Below are positions 37,479 to 48,200 of a DNA stretch of 64,000 nucleotides, piece after piece. The stretch's first letter is position 1, and each line of letters starts with the position of its first letter. The position numbers and the translations under genes were made by a program. The notes below the pieces were generated by a model that saw nothing but the letters and a program-made list of their open reading frames with translations, did no database searches and had not been told where the DNA came from. The DNA is from an uncultured Acidobacteriota bacterium (GTDB lineage Bacteria; Acidobacteriota; Polarisedimenticolia; J045): the NCBI GenBank assembly GCA_963702425.1, contig CAVPCQ010000039.1, positions 32,001-96,000 of the forward strand, written 5' to 3'.

Positions 37479-38552
37479 TCAGGCGAACCCGCGCCGCCGG
37501 TGGCCGGCCACGACCCCCGCGAAGAGCACGAAGACGAAGATCGCGCCGCTGACCGAGCCGGGAAGCACCGGGCGCCCCGTCGCGTCGACGAAGGTCGGCA
37601 GCAGATTCGCCAGCGCCAGGTTCAGCGCGATGTGCGCGATCATCACGAGGTAGAGGTTTCGCGACGCCTCGAGCAGCAGGCCGAGCATCACCGACATCGC
37701 GAAGACGAACGAGAGCGCGCCGAGGTTGCGCCGCAGGTCGGCCGACGGATCGACGTGCTCGAGCGTGAAGCTGGCGGAGATCGCGGCGATCGCGGTCAGC
37801 CTTCCCAGCCGGTGCTCGTCGAGGCCCAGCCGCGCCAGCATCCGCACCAGCGCGTTCTGCAGCATCCCGCGGTAGAAGAGCTCCTCGGCCACTCCCCTCA
37901 CGACCTGCGCGGCGATCGCCGTCGCCAGCACCCGCGGAGCGGCCGCCGGAACGCCGAGCTGCGCGCCGGCGAGGAACCCGGTGACGAGGACGACCGCGGT
38001 CGTGATGCCCCAGGCGACGAGCGCCAGGCCCAGGGCGGAGGCCAGCCGGGCGCGCGTCGCGAAAACCGCCAGGCGCGGGTAGACCTGCCGCAGGACCGGC
38101 AGGAGAGCGAACGCGGCGCCGAGCAGCCCGAGACCCGTCCAGAGCCGGTACAGCGCGTCCGCCATCCGAGGGGCGGCGGAGTGCGGTCCGATCCAGTCGA
38201 ACGCCCCGGTCAGGAGATCACTCGTGATCCACTTCTCGCCGAGCAGGACGACGACCAGCGGCAGGAGCTGGGCCATCGTCGGTTCGTCGGGGCTCGGCGG
38301 GTCGCTCCAGAGATCGAGGTCGCGGCGGCGGCCGGCGAGTTCGAGCATCAGAAGCAGGAAGAACGCGGTGAAGAGCAGGCTGGAGACCGCGTCCGGCAGG
38401 CCCGGCCAGCGCGGTGTGCCGGCGTGAAACGACCGCAAGAGGCCCGAGGTCGCGATCGCCGAGACGAGCATCAGCGCGATTGCCGCACGGACCCACGGCG
38501 CGCGTGCCGGGGAGGCCGGTGGGCCGGCAGAGCGGGAAGCGGCGTCGGACAA
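37479..38552 (-). CDS. CPBP (Abi/CAAX-type) intramembrane metalloprotease
   Basis: Multi-TM; AEELFYRG, FTLEH, HIALN. Confidence 0.88.
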   Translation of the reverse strand: MSDAASRSAGPPASPARAPWVRAAIALMLVSAIATSGLLRSFHAGTPRWPGLPDAVSSLLFTAFFLLLMLELAGRRRDLDLWSDPPSPDEPTMAQLLPLVVVLLGEKWITSDLLTGAFDWIGPHSAAPRMADALYRLWTGLGLLGAAFALLPVLRQVYPRLAVFATRARLASALGLALVAWGITTAVVLVTGFLAGAQLGVPAAAPRVLATAIAAQVVRGVAEELFYRGMLQNALVRMLARLGLDEHRLGRLTAIAAISASFTLEHVDPSADLRRNLGALSFVFAMSVMLGLLLEASRNLYLVMIAHIALNLALANLLPTFVDATGRPVLPGSVSGAIFVFVLFAGVVAGHRRRGFA

Positions 38553-38649
38553 GCGGTCCTGAATCCTCGGCGGCGGGGCCCGGAGCGGGCCGCTGAGGAA
38601 TTATGATCCGCGTGGCGGTCGCGTGCGGCCGGCCGGAGCGAGGCGCCCC

Positions 38650-39312
38650 ATGACCCAGACGACGTCGCAGGCGAACTACACGGTTCCGGTGCTGGTCGGC
38701 GGGCTCGTCGGTGCGGTCCTGGCGGTCGTCCCGCCGTGCTGCTGCCTCTTCTGCCTCAACGCCGTCATCGCCGGGGCGATCGCCGGCGCGATGTACACGC
38801 GCTCGGCGGGCTTCCCGCCGATCGAGCGCGGGGCGCTGATCGGGGCCCTTGCGGGGGCCCTGGCCGGGGCGGGGCGGTCGGTGCTCGGGGCGCTCTGGAA
38901 CGCCGCCATGAGCTCGTGGACGGAAGGCTGGGTCGATCAGCTCGCGCGCTACGGTGACGCCGAGGCACGCGAGCTGATCGACCAGCTGGGAGCACTCGAG
39001 TCCTCCAGCGGGCCGGGTTGGTTCCTCGCCGGGCTGGTCACGAGCGTCGGCGTCGGGGCCCTCCTGGGGGCCGCCGGCGGAATGCTCGGAGTGGTGCTCG
39101 CGCGCCGCCAGCCACCCCCGCCCCCGCCGCCGCGCTACGACATCCCGCCGATGCCCCCGCCGCCGCCGACATCGGGAGCCGGTTTGTCGCCGAACCCGCC
39201 GTCGCCCGCCGCGGATCCAGGGAGTGCTGGCCCCCCGGCCGCGCTCCCCTGGCCCCCGCCCCCGCCCGGAACCGCCGACGGCGATCCACCGGCGGGAGGG
39301 AGCGCCGGCTGA
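38650..39312 (+). CDS. Membrane protein with Cys cluster and Pro-rich tail
   Basis: About 4 TM segments, PPCCCLFC, poly-Pro C-terminus. Confidence 0.7.
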   Translation: MTQTTSQANYTVPVLVGGLVGAVLAVVPPCCCLFCLNAVIAGAIAGAMYTRSAGFPPIERGALIGALAGALAGAGRSVLGALWNAAMSSWTEGWVDQLARYGDAEARELIDQLGALESSSGPGWFLAGLVTSVGVGALLGAAGGMLGVVLARRQPPPPPPPRYDIPPMPPPPPTSGAGLSPNPPSPAADPGSAGPPAALPWPPPPPGTADGDPPAGGSAG

Positions 39313-39329
39313 ACCACGGCCCGCCGAGG

Positions 39330-39429
39330 TGGCGGAAGCGTGTGGGAATCGAACCCACCCGTGACCGGTGCGACCGACCACGCGACCGGTTTTGAAGACC
39401 GGGAGGGCCACCAGGCCCCATGCGCTTCC
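39330..39429 (-). tRNA. selC: tRNA-Sec (UCA)
   Basis: Reverse complement GGAAGCGC AT GGGGCC TGGT GGCCCT C CCGGT CT TCA AA ACCGG, long variable arm, GTGGG TTCGATT CCCAC ACGCTTCC GCCA: 6-bp D stem, extended acceptor stem, UCA anticodon. Confidence 0.96.
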
Positions 39430-39621
39430 AGGCGCGAGAGATGGGCCGATTGTACCCGGGGTCGCGCAGCCGGGACGGGCGCCCGCCCGAGGGGGTGGAC
39501 CGGGACCCCCCCGACAGGTTAGATTCTCCCGCCCATCTCGTTGAGGGGGGGAGGAGCCCGGCGCGTGCCGGGACAGCAGCTGCCGCCAAGGCGAGGCCAC
39601 GACCGGGTTCAACGTCTGATC

Positions 39622-40197
39622 ATGGGTAAGCGACTCTTCGTAGGAAACCTCCCCTACACCGCCACCGCTGACGAACTGCGGGCGTTGTTCGCGGAGCTCG
39701 GCGACGTCACCGACGTCCACATCGTCATGGACCGCGAGACCCAGCGTCCGCGCGGCTTCGCTTTCGTCTCGTACGCTTCGGACGAAATCGCGGCCAAGGC
39801 GGCGGTGGAGATGAACGGCCGCTCGTTCGGCGGCCGTCCGCTCGTGGTCAACGAGGCGCGCGAGCGCGGCGAGGGCCCGCCCCCGGGGGCGAGGCCGTCC
39901 GGCCCGCGCCCCGGCGGATTCGGCGACCGCCCGCCGCGTCCCGGCGGTTTCGGCGATCGTCCGCCGCGCCCACCCGGCAGCGGTCCCGGCGGACCGCGCC
40001 CCGGTGGGTTCCGCGGCCCGCGCGGCGCGCCGATGCCGCCGCCTGAACCGCTGCCGACGGAAGAGCGCCGCCCGCGCACCGTGCCCAAGAAGAAGGCCGA
40101 GTTCGACCGCGACCGCGTGCCCACCGGGCGCCCGCGCGAGGATGAGGAAGAGAAGGGCGGCGCCAGTTGGCGGCAGTGGATCGACGAGGAAGAGTAG
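39622..40197 (+). CDS. RRM RNA-binding protein with Gly/Pro/Arg-rich tail
   Basis: RNP2 LFVGNL, RNP1 RGFAFV, LVVNEARER; tail repeats GGFGDRPPRP x2. Confidence 0.93.
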   Translation: MGKRLFVGNLPYTATADELRALFAELGDVTDVHIVMDRETQRPRGFAFVSYASDEIAAKAAVEMNGRSFGGRPLVVNEARERGEGPPPGARPSGPRPGGFGDRPPRPGGFGDRPPRPPGSGPGGPRPGGFRGPRGAPMPPPEPLPTEERRPRTVPKKKAEFDRDRVPTGRPREDEEEKGGASWRQWIDEEE

Positions 40198-40276
40198 CGC
40201 CCGTTCGCGTCCTACGAATCGCGCGCCCGCGCATGTCCCCAGGTCGATCGCACGCCAAGCGGCTGCTCTCGGTTCG

Positions 40277-41276
40277 CTAGCCCTGCCCCGGGTGGCTCGG
40301 CAGGCGCGCCCAGTCCTCGACTCCGCGCTCCGGCTCGAGCTGGATCGTCGTGTGGTGGATGTCGAACCGCGACGGCGAGCAGGCGGTTGACCCGCGCCAG
40401 CGTGGCCTGGGGCTCGTCCCCGCTGCACATCCGGACGTGCGCCGACAGCGCCACGCGCCCGGGGGTGACGCACCAGACGTGCAGGTCGTGAACCGCCGAG
40501 ATTCCGGCCTCGGCGACGAGCGCGCGCTCGATCGCCGCCGCGTCCTTGCCCGCCGGCGCGACGTCGAGCAGCACCTCCGCCGCCTCGCGCAGGATCCGCC
40601 AGGCCGAGACGGCGATCAGCGCCGCGACCGCGAGGCTCGCGGCCGGGTCGGCCCAGCTCCAGCCGAAGGCCAGGATCGCCAGCGCGGCGAGGATCGCCGC
40701 GCCCGAGCCGAGCAGGTCGCCCAGCACGTGGATCACGGCGGCGCGCAGGTTGAGATTCCGCGCGAGGTCGTCGTCGCGGGCCTGACCGGGACCGTCGGCG
40801 TGAGCGTGGCCGTGGCCGCCCCGGTGGCGCAGCACGAGCAGGACCACGAGGTTCACGACGAAGCCGATCGACGCGACGATCAGCATCAGCCGCCCGTCGA
40901 TCTCGACCGGGCGGAGACCGGCCAGCCGCAGCACCGCCTCGTACGCGATCCGCACGAGCAGCAGCCAGAGCAGCACGGCGTTGGCCAGCGCGGCCAGCAC
41001 CTCGGCGCGGTGAAAGCCGAAGGTGAAGCGCGCGGTGTGGGGGCGGGTCGCGATCACCGCGGCGACGAGTGCCAGGACCAGCGCGGCGGAGTCGGCCAGC
41101 ATGTGGACCGCGTCGGCGAGCAGCGCCAGCGAGCCCGAGAGGAACCCGCCGACCGCCTCGACGGCGGCGAAGGCCAGCGTCAGTGCCAGGCCGAACGCAA
41201 GGCGGGCGCGCGCGCTCCGTCCCGCGGAGGCCTCGCGAGCGTGATCCGCATGGTCGTGACCGGCAGCGTCGTGCAT
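40277..41276 (-). CDS. Cation diffusion facilitator (ZitB/CzcD-like), one apparent frameshift near 40372
   Basis: GSLALLADAVHMLAD, FTFGFHRAEVLAA, NLRAAVIHVLGDLLGS, VHDLHVW; the canonical end RFDIHHTTIQLE lies in another frame and stops at 40277. Confidence 0.92.
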
Positions 41277-41341
41277 GATGCGCGGGGAGCGTAGCCCGCG
41301 AATCGTCCCGGGGGCAAGGCGATCGCGCGGCGGGAGGGGCG

Positions 41342-42199
41342 ATGAGGATCGGTGCAGCAGGTCTCGTGCTGGCGGCGGCGGGCGCTGTGCTCTTCGCGGC
41401 GCGAACGCCGGCGGCCGCGCCGGCCAAGCCGTCCTCGCCGCGGGCCGGTACGGCGGTCGCGCTCCCCGCCACCGCGACCGTGAAGGAAGTCAAGGACGGC
41501 GACACGCTCGTCGTCGAGGACCGGGGCCGTGCGTTCACCGTGCGGCTGATCGGGATCGACACGCCCGAGGAGCGGCACCCCGAGGCCGAGCCGCAGTACC
41601 TCGCCGCGGAGGCGCGCGCGGCGCTGGTGCGCCTCGTGGCGGGCGGGACGGTGACGCTGGTGGCCGACCCCGGCGCGGGGGACGACAAGTACGGCCGGTT
41701 CCTCGCGTACGTCGAGACGCCGGACGGAAAGGACGCCGGGGCCGAACTGATCGGCGCCGGCCTGGCGCGCGCGTTCGAGCGCTACGACTTCGCGCGCAAG
41801 CCGCGCTACCGCGAGCTGGAACTCGCCGCGCGCGCGGCGGGACGCGGCCTCTGGCAGGATGGCGGACTGGCCGAGCTGCGCTGGATCGTGGCCTCGCGCC
41901 GCGAGCCGATCGAGGTCTACGCGATGACCGGCGGGCGCTTCGCGGTCGTCGTCGACGGCTGGGCGCGGGCCGGTCTCAAGGGGCGCGCGCGCGCGAAGGA
42001 CGACCGCGGCTCGCTCGGCGACGCGGTCTGGGAGGCGCACCGCGCGCTGGGCGCGCGACCGCACGATCCGCGGCGCGCGCTCGAGATCCTCGAGGCCGCC
42101 GGGTTCGTGCCGCTCAGCGCTCCGGCCCCGGCGCCAGCAGCTCCAGCGCCCGCGGGTCGACCCGCCGCTCCGCCACCGCCGTCCCGTCGAGGGTCGTGA
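41342..42199 (+). CDS. Thermonuclease (SNase) family exported nuclease
   Basis: Signal/TM; VKDGDT, VRLIGIDTPE, DKYGRFLAYV, GLAR, RGLW. Confidence 0.92.
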   Translation: MRIGAAGLVLAAAGAVLFAARTPAAAPAKPSSPRAGTAVALPATATVKEVKDGDTLVVEDRGRAFTVRLIGIDTPEERHPEAEPQYLAAEARAALVRLVAGGTVTLVADPGAGDDKYGRFLAYVETPDGKDAGAELIGAGLARAFERYDFARKPRYRELELAARAAGRGLWQDGGLAELRWIVASRREPIEVYAMTGGRFAVVVDGWARAGLKGRARAKDDRGSLGDAVWEAHRALGARPHDPRRALEILEAAGFVPLSAPAPAPAAPAPAGRPAAPPPPSRRGS

Positions 42200-44096
42200 G
42201 GTCCTGCTGCGACATCTCCAGCCGCGGCGCGAAGGCGGCGTCGAGCAACGCCGCTGCCAGCTTCGCCGCCGGGTCGTCGCTGCAGCCTTCGATCGCCGCG
42301 GCGTCGGCCGGGGTGGCGCAGGCCAGCACCGCGTCGCCACGCGCGAACAGGCAGAGCCGTCCGCCGGCGTCGCCGATCGAGAACGGGGCCGCCGGGTCGA
42401 GCTCGAAACGCCGGGAGCCGAGTGCGCGCCCGGCGGCGCGCCCGACGGTCGGATCGCCGCCCGGCCGGGCTGCGGCCGGGAGCGCCAGCCCGAGCCGCCG
42501 CAACGCCCCGGGGTCGTGGTCGAGCACCTCGGCGAAGGAGTTCGCGCTCTCGTCGACCCGCCCGAGGCGCCACGCCGCGGCCCCGCTCCGCGCGGCGAGC
42601 CGCACGCGCAGCAGCACCTCCTCCGCGGGGAGAGCGGCGCGCGCGGCCGCGCCTTCCGCGAGGCACCCCGCATCGTCGCCGGCGACGCAGACCGCCTCGG
42701 CGCGCAGCGCCGCCAGGTAGGCGGCGCGCAGCTCGGGCGGCTGCCCGGCAGGCGGCTCGAGCGGCTCGCGCAGCCAGGTGTCGACCAGGCGCCGGACGGC
42801 CGCGGGTCCGACGAGCGCGACCGCGTCGAGCTGCAGCCAGGGGGGCGCGGCGAGCTGCGGCGCCTCGGCCGTCGATTCGTTGGTGGCTTCGAGGCCGCCG
42901 GCGAGCAGCACCGGAACGACGCGCCGGCCGGCGTACCAGGCGCGCAGCCGCTGGCCGGCAGCCGCTGCGCGCGCCGGAACCAGCGCCGACCAGCCGCAGA
43001 CGTCGGCCCGCTCCTCGAGCAGCTCGGCCAGCGTGCTGCGGATGGCGCGCTCCAGCAGCGCCGACTCGGCGATCGTCGCCTCTTCGCTGCCCGACCAGTG
43101 CGCCGCGCGATCGGGCTCGTCGAGCGCGTGGCCGACCGCGGCCAGCGCACGGTCCGGGTGGCCGGCCAGCAACAGCACCTGAGACGAGGTGAACAGCGCC
43201 TGCGAGCGCGTGTACTGCTGGATGCGGCGCGGCGTGGCGCGCACCGCGAGGGCCATCGCGCGCGCCGCGGCGACGGCCTCGCTCAGCCGCCCCTCGGCCG
43301 CGTAGAGCGACGCCAGGTCGCGCCACGGGTTGGCTTCCTCGTCGGGAACGCGGGTCGACTCGAGCAGCAGCCGCTCGGCCTCGTCGAAGCGTCCCGCGTC
43401 CTGTGCGGCGACCGCGGCGTTGCGCAGGGCGAGCCCGGCGGGCAGGTCGAAGCGCCGCACCGCCTCGAGCACCGTGACGCAGGCCGGGTAGCCGTCGAGC
43501 GCGCACAGTCCGTTCCGGCCGATCACCTCCTCCAGCGGATCCCCGGTGGCCAGCGCGCGCGCCGCCGCGGCGCGCGCCTCGTCCTCGCGACCGAGCTTCA
43601 TCAGCGGCCAGACGTCGAGGCCGTGAAGGTCGGGATCGTAGAGCTCGCGCACCCGCGCGGAGTAGTCGAGCGTCTGCTCGAAGCGCCCGAGATCCGAAGC
43701 GGCCCACATCAGCTGGTACAGCGCTTCGCGGTGCCAGCGTTCCATCCCGGGCCGGGCGACCCCGCCGCGCGACTCGGTGAGCGCGAGCGCGCGCCGGAAA
43801 TGCACGAGCGCGAGCGGAGTGTTCCCTTCGCCGTCGTGCAGCGCGCGGCCCAGCACCAGTTCGCCGACCGCGGAGCGCGGGTTGCTCGCGAGCGTGCGCT
43901 CGGCCAGCTCGCGGGCCCGGACGAAGCGCCCCTCCTGCGCGGCACGAAGCGCTTCCGCTTCGTCCTCGGGCGGGTGCGCCGAGCCGTGCGGCGGCTCGGC
44001 CGCGAGCGGCGCGGTCCACGCCAGGGCCAGCGCCAGCGCGGCCGCGAGGGCGCGCGCGCGGCGACGGGCTCGGGAGAACGGGCCGGGGGCGGGCAC
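42114..44096 (-). CDS. Exported TPR-repeat protein
   Basis: Signal peptide ALAAALALALAWTAPLAA; repeated GRF..A..L motifs; 3' end overlaps the thermonuclease gene. Confidence 0.75.
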   Translation of the reverse strand: MPAPGPFSRARRRARALAAALALALAWTAPLAAEPPHGSAHPPEDEAEALRAAQEGRFVRARELAERTLASNPRSAVGELVLGRALHDGEGNTPLALVHFRRALALTESRGGVARPGMERWHREALYQLMWAASDLGRFEQTLDYSARVRELYDPDLHGLDVWPLMKLGREDEARAAAARALATGDPLEEVIGRNGLCALDGYPACVTVLEAVRRFDLPAGLALRNAAVAAQDAGRFDEAERLLLESTRVPDEEANPWRDLASLYAAEGRLSEAVAAARAMALAVRATPRRIQQYTRSQALFTSSQVLLLAGHPDRALAAVGHALDEPDRAAHWSGSEEATIAESALLERAIRSTLAELLEERADVCGWSALVPARAAAAGQRLRAWYAGRRVVPVLLAGGLEATNESTAEAPQLAAPPWLQLDAVALVGPAAVRRLVDTWLREPLEPPAGQPPELRAAYLAALRAEAVCVAGDDAGCLAEGAAARAALPAEEVLLRVRLAARSGAAAWRLGRVDESANSFAEVLDHDPGALRRLGLALPAAARPGGDPTVGRAAGRALGSRRFELDPAAPFSIGDAGGRLCLFARGDAVLACATPADAAAIEGCSDDPAAKLAAALLDAAFAPRLEMSQQDLTTLDGTAVAERRVDPRALELLAPGPER

Positions 44097-44224
44097 GGAA
44101 CGAGGATACGCGGCCCGGCGGCCGGCCCCAAAGAGCTCGGCCCGGGCCCCGCGCGACGGGACCCGGGCCGTGGCCGAGAGGAGAGGGAGAGGGAGGGGGA
44201 GAGGGATCAGGTCTGGAATTCGTT

Positions 44225-44668
44225 TCAGCGAGCGGCGCGCGTCTCGTCGCGCGGCGGTCCCGGTTCGTAGGGTTGCACGGTCACGAGGCCGGGAGCCACG
44301 GTCGCGACGCGCAGCGGCTGATGGGCCGAGCGCGAGGAAGCGGGAGAGCCGTGGCGCACGCCGACGAGATGGGTCAGGCCGCGCGCATCCTCGTGCAGCA
44401 CCAGTCGGGAGGCGGCGCCCGGGAGGTGCCCGGCGCTTCCTTCGCGGAAGACGCTGGCCACCGGGCGTCCGTCGATGAGGACCTGGACGAGACTTCCCGT
44501 GCCGATCGGGCGGAGCACCACCGCACCGCCCGGGAAGAGCTGGTCGCCGATCACGACCGGCCCGGCGACTTCCGCACCGAGCGTTGCGGCGGCCTGGGAG
44601 GTTCCCGCAGCGGCGGTCAACCCCAGCGCGAGCACCGCGAACCCGTGAAACAGCGTCCTCGTGGTCAT
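44225..44668 (-). CDS. Small exported hypothetical protein
   Basis: GAGGAGG RBS; signal peptide MTTRTLFHGFAVLALGLTAAAGTSQA; beta-rich AEVAGPVVIGDQLFPGG. Confidence 0.7.
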   Translation of the reverse strand: MTTRTLFHGFAVLALGLTAAAGTSQAAATLGAEVAGPVVIGDQLFPGGAVVLRPIGTGSLVQVLIDGRPVASVFREGSAGHLPGAASRLVLHEDARGLTHLVGVRHGSPASSRSAHQPLRVATVAPGLVTVQPYEPGPPRDETRAAR

Positions 44669-44697
44669 CGTTCCGTGCCTCCTCGTCCCGAGGAGAG

Positions 44698-44712
44698 GCA
44701 AGAGCGATGCCA
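44698..44712 (-). promoter_or_regulatory. Second sigma54 (-24/-12) promoter
   Basis: Minus strand TGGCATCGCTCTTGC with correct GG-N10-GC spacing, ~30 bp upstream of ATG 44668. Confidence 0.65.
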
Positions 44713-45293
44713 CACGTCGCGTCGCGCCCGGGCGAACCATCGCGAACGATGCCGCAGCGCAGCGGATCCCGAGATGGGAACCCCTCTGCCGGAATCCGGC
44801 ATCGGTTCGGACAGGATGGCCGGACGCGGCAACCGGTGTGCGCCCCCCTTCCTGAGAGCCGGCGCCGAGGTTTGAGGTTACCCGCCCTTCGAACCGCGTA
44901 AGGATGTTCGATCTGTCACACGGACCAGCTTGACATGGCGTCTCGGTTCGTGATCTCTCTCGCGCGTCGGCCACAAGCGTCGGCATCGGGAAGGGGGACC
45001 TCTCCCCGCCGACGCGCCTCCGGGGGGAGGCTTGCCGACGGCGCGCACGTACCCGCCGGGGGGAAACGGCAGGGATGAAGCGGAGCGCGCAGGAAACTGC
45101 GGTGCCCCAGGGCCCACAGACAAGCTCGTGATCGACGGCCCCGTCGGCCGTCCTTCGACTTCCTCGATCCGTCCACGGAGCGCAGCCGGACTCCCCTGCC
45201 GGGGATCGTCCGCCCGCGTGTGCGTTGGCCGCGAGGCGACGAGGGGGAGCGTGCGGCCCACCGGCAGTTGGTGCGGCCAGGGGAGGGGGTTCG

Positions 45294-48200
45294 ATGAGTG
45301 CAGGGATGGATCGCGCCACGAATCCGGCCGGAAGGGCACGGCAAGCGCTTCGTCACGCTGATCGAGCGCGCTGGCGGAGGGGCGCCGCAACGCTGGCGGT
45401 GCTGTTCGTTGCCGCGGTAGGCCACGGCTGGAGCCAGGAGAGCGCCGGCCCGGGCTCGCCCGGCGCGCCCGATCCGCTGCAGCAGTTCGCGGCCGGGCTG
45501 CCGATGATCCCGAGCGCGCTGGGCCACGCGACGATTCCGTCAGCGGCCGACACGTTCCCGCTGAAGCCGCTGGACCGCGACCCGACGGACGGTTTGCGGC
45601 ACGGCTTCGTGCAGACCGCGAGCGGGCGGTTCGGGTTCCGCGTGACGGACCTGTCGCTGCCGTCGCGGGTGCCGTTGACGGTGGGCCGGGTCTACGACGC
45701 GGGGCTGTTGGCCTCGCTACCCGGGGTGCCGATCGGGTACGAGCCGCGGATGTCGCGCGATCTCGGCCCGAACTGGATCCTGCAGCCGACCTCCGCGCTG
45801 TTGCCGACGCCGACCGGTTTCCTGCTGCTCACCGACCTGGGTGGCGTGGTGCCCTACGCGCTCGACCCGGCGACGGGCAAGTACTTCCCGGCGCCGGATC
45901 GGCCGTCGGAGTTCGGGGCGATGGTGCCCAACGGGCAGGGCGGGTTCAAGGTCCGGCTGAGCAACGGACGGCTGCGAACGTACAGCCATCTCTCCGGAGA
46001 CAGCAACTACTATCTGACGAAGGAGGAGGACGCCTCGGGCAACGCGATCACGCTGAGCTACCGCGTCGGGGAGGCGCCGGAGACGCTGGTGTACCTCGAG
46101 CGGATCGACTCCACCGACGGGCACTGGATCCGCTTCGATCGACCGATGTGGGGCGCCTCGGCCCCGGCGGGGGTCCCGCGCACGCGGATCGTGGGGATCG
46201 TCGATTCGATCGGGCGAGCGGTGAGCCTGAGCTATGACACGGCCGGCCAGTTGCTCAGTGCGACCGGGGTGTCGGGCGCGACCTGGACCTACGACTGGGA
46301 CGGCGCGCAGCACATCATCGAGATCACCGATCCCCTCGGGCGGCGCGCGTTCCAATTGACGATCGATGGCAGCAGCCGGGCCACGCGGGTCGAGCATTTC
46401 ACCGTGCGGACCGACTACGCCTACGAGACGGCGCGGACCCTGGTGAGCAACGTGCTGGGCGACACCTGGATCTACGAGAAGGACACCCGCGGCACGACGA
46501 CGCGCCTGGTCGACCCCGAGGGGAACGCGACGATCATCCAGCGCGACGCGACGCGCGCCGACGTGACGCAGATCACGGACGGTGCGGGCGGCGTGCACCT
46601 GTTCCAGCACGATACGGGCCATCGGGTGACGCGCTACCAGGCGCCGCCGGTGGCCGCCGGGACGCCGGTCTGGACCTTTGCGTGGGACACGGCGGGGCGG
46701 CTGGTGCGCTCGGTGAACCCTGTCGGCGCCGCGAGCACGCTGACGTACGACAGCGCGGGTCGGCTGATCGCGGAGGGGAGCGATCCGAACGGCGACGGAA
46801 CGGCCGAGGCCGTCGTGCAGTACGAGCGCCACGCCACCACCGGCGATCTGCTCGCCGTCGTCGTCCCCGTGACTGCGCAGACGACGCGGCGGACGGAGTA
46901 CACCTATGGACCGCACGGCGAGCTGGCGACGATCCACCCGCCGGCGCTCGCCGGGGGCACGATCCAGCCCGAGATCCGGCTGGAGTGGGATGCCGCCGGG
47001 AGGCTGGCGAAGCTGCGCTGGCCGACCGGGCCCGACGCCTGGTCGGACTGGCAGTTCGCCTGGGCGGCCAGCGGCGCGCTGGCCGCGACGACGAACCCAC
47101 TGGGCCAGCAGTGGCTCTACCTCAGCAACGCGCTCGGCGCGATCACCGAGGTCCACGCCCCGAACGGCGGCGTGGCGAAGTACTTCTGGCGGGCTGACGG
47201 CCAGCTCGAGCGTCACGAAGACGCTGCCGGCGGGGTGACGCAGCGCGACTTCGATTCCGCGGGGCGGCTGTGGCGGGTGATCGACCCCGCGGGATCGTCG
47301 TGGACGTACGCCTGGGATCGCGCGAACCGCCTGGCCTCGAAGACCGACGCCGAACAGCGGACCTGGCACTTCAGCTACGACGGCGCGAATCGGCTGGTGG
47401 AGCAGGAGCTGCCAGGCGGCCCGATCGTCGCTTCGACCTGGGACGCCGCGGGCCGGCTGACGCGGCGGGATCTGCCCGGCGGGGAGGCCGAGCTCTACAC
47501 CTGGGACACGGCCGGCCGGCTGACCGAGGCCCGGCAGGTCGTCGCCGACGGGGACGGCACCGCCGAGGACCGGTGGACCTACACCTGGGACGGTTGCGGC
47601 CTGCTGCGGACGATGACGCAGGAGCTGTCGGGCGACGCCACGGCGCAGACGGTCGAGTGGACTTGGGACTTGGCCGGGCAACTGGTCCGTCGGACCCTGT
47701 CCGGCGAAGGCCCGACGAGCGTGACGCGGGACGAATGGGGCCGCGCGATCGCAGTGTCGCCGACGGGTGCCGCGCCGAGCGCCGTGACGTTCGATCCGTG
47801 GTCGGGCTGGGTCACGTATCGGAAGCACGGCGCCGGGCTCGGATGTCTTTGAGGAATGGTCCAGCGCGCGACGCTGCGGGCCGGATCGTGGGGTTCCTGG
47901 AGAAGAAGAACGGCAGCGTGGTCCTCCAGGATCAGCACGCTGACGCGGGACGCGATGGGCCAGGTGGTCGAGGTCGTCGATGTGGCCGGGGCACTGCCGC
48001 GGACCACCACCCATGCCTGGGACATCCTGGGCCGGTTGGTCGCCAAGCAGGTGACGGGCGACCCGGCGACCGACTACGAGGAGACGCTCGCCTGGACGCC
48101 GCTGGGCCAGCTCGCCGGCCGCCGGCGCACGACGGCGTCGCGCGCGCCGGAGGAGCGCTTCTACCGCTTCGACCGCGTCGGACGACCGCTCGAGGTCACG

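Noticed and set aside
6661-39429. Genomic island integrated at tRNA-Leu or selC
   Set aside because: No integrase, no duplicated tRNA 3' end seen, and flanking genes are core-like.
40212-40375. Novel C-terminal extension or programmed frameshift in the CDF transporter
   Set aside because: The canonical FDIHHTTIQLE end is restored by removing one base; no slippery site, so probably an error or simple mutation.
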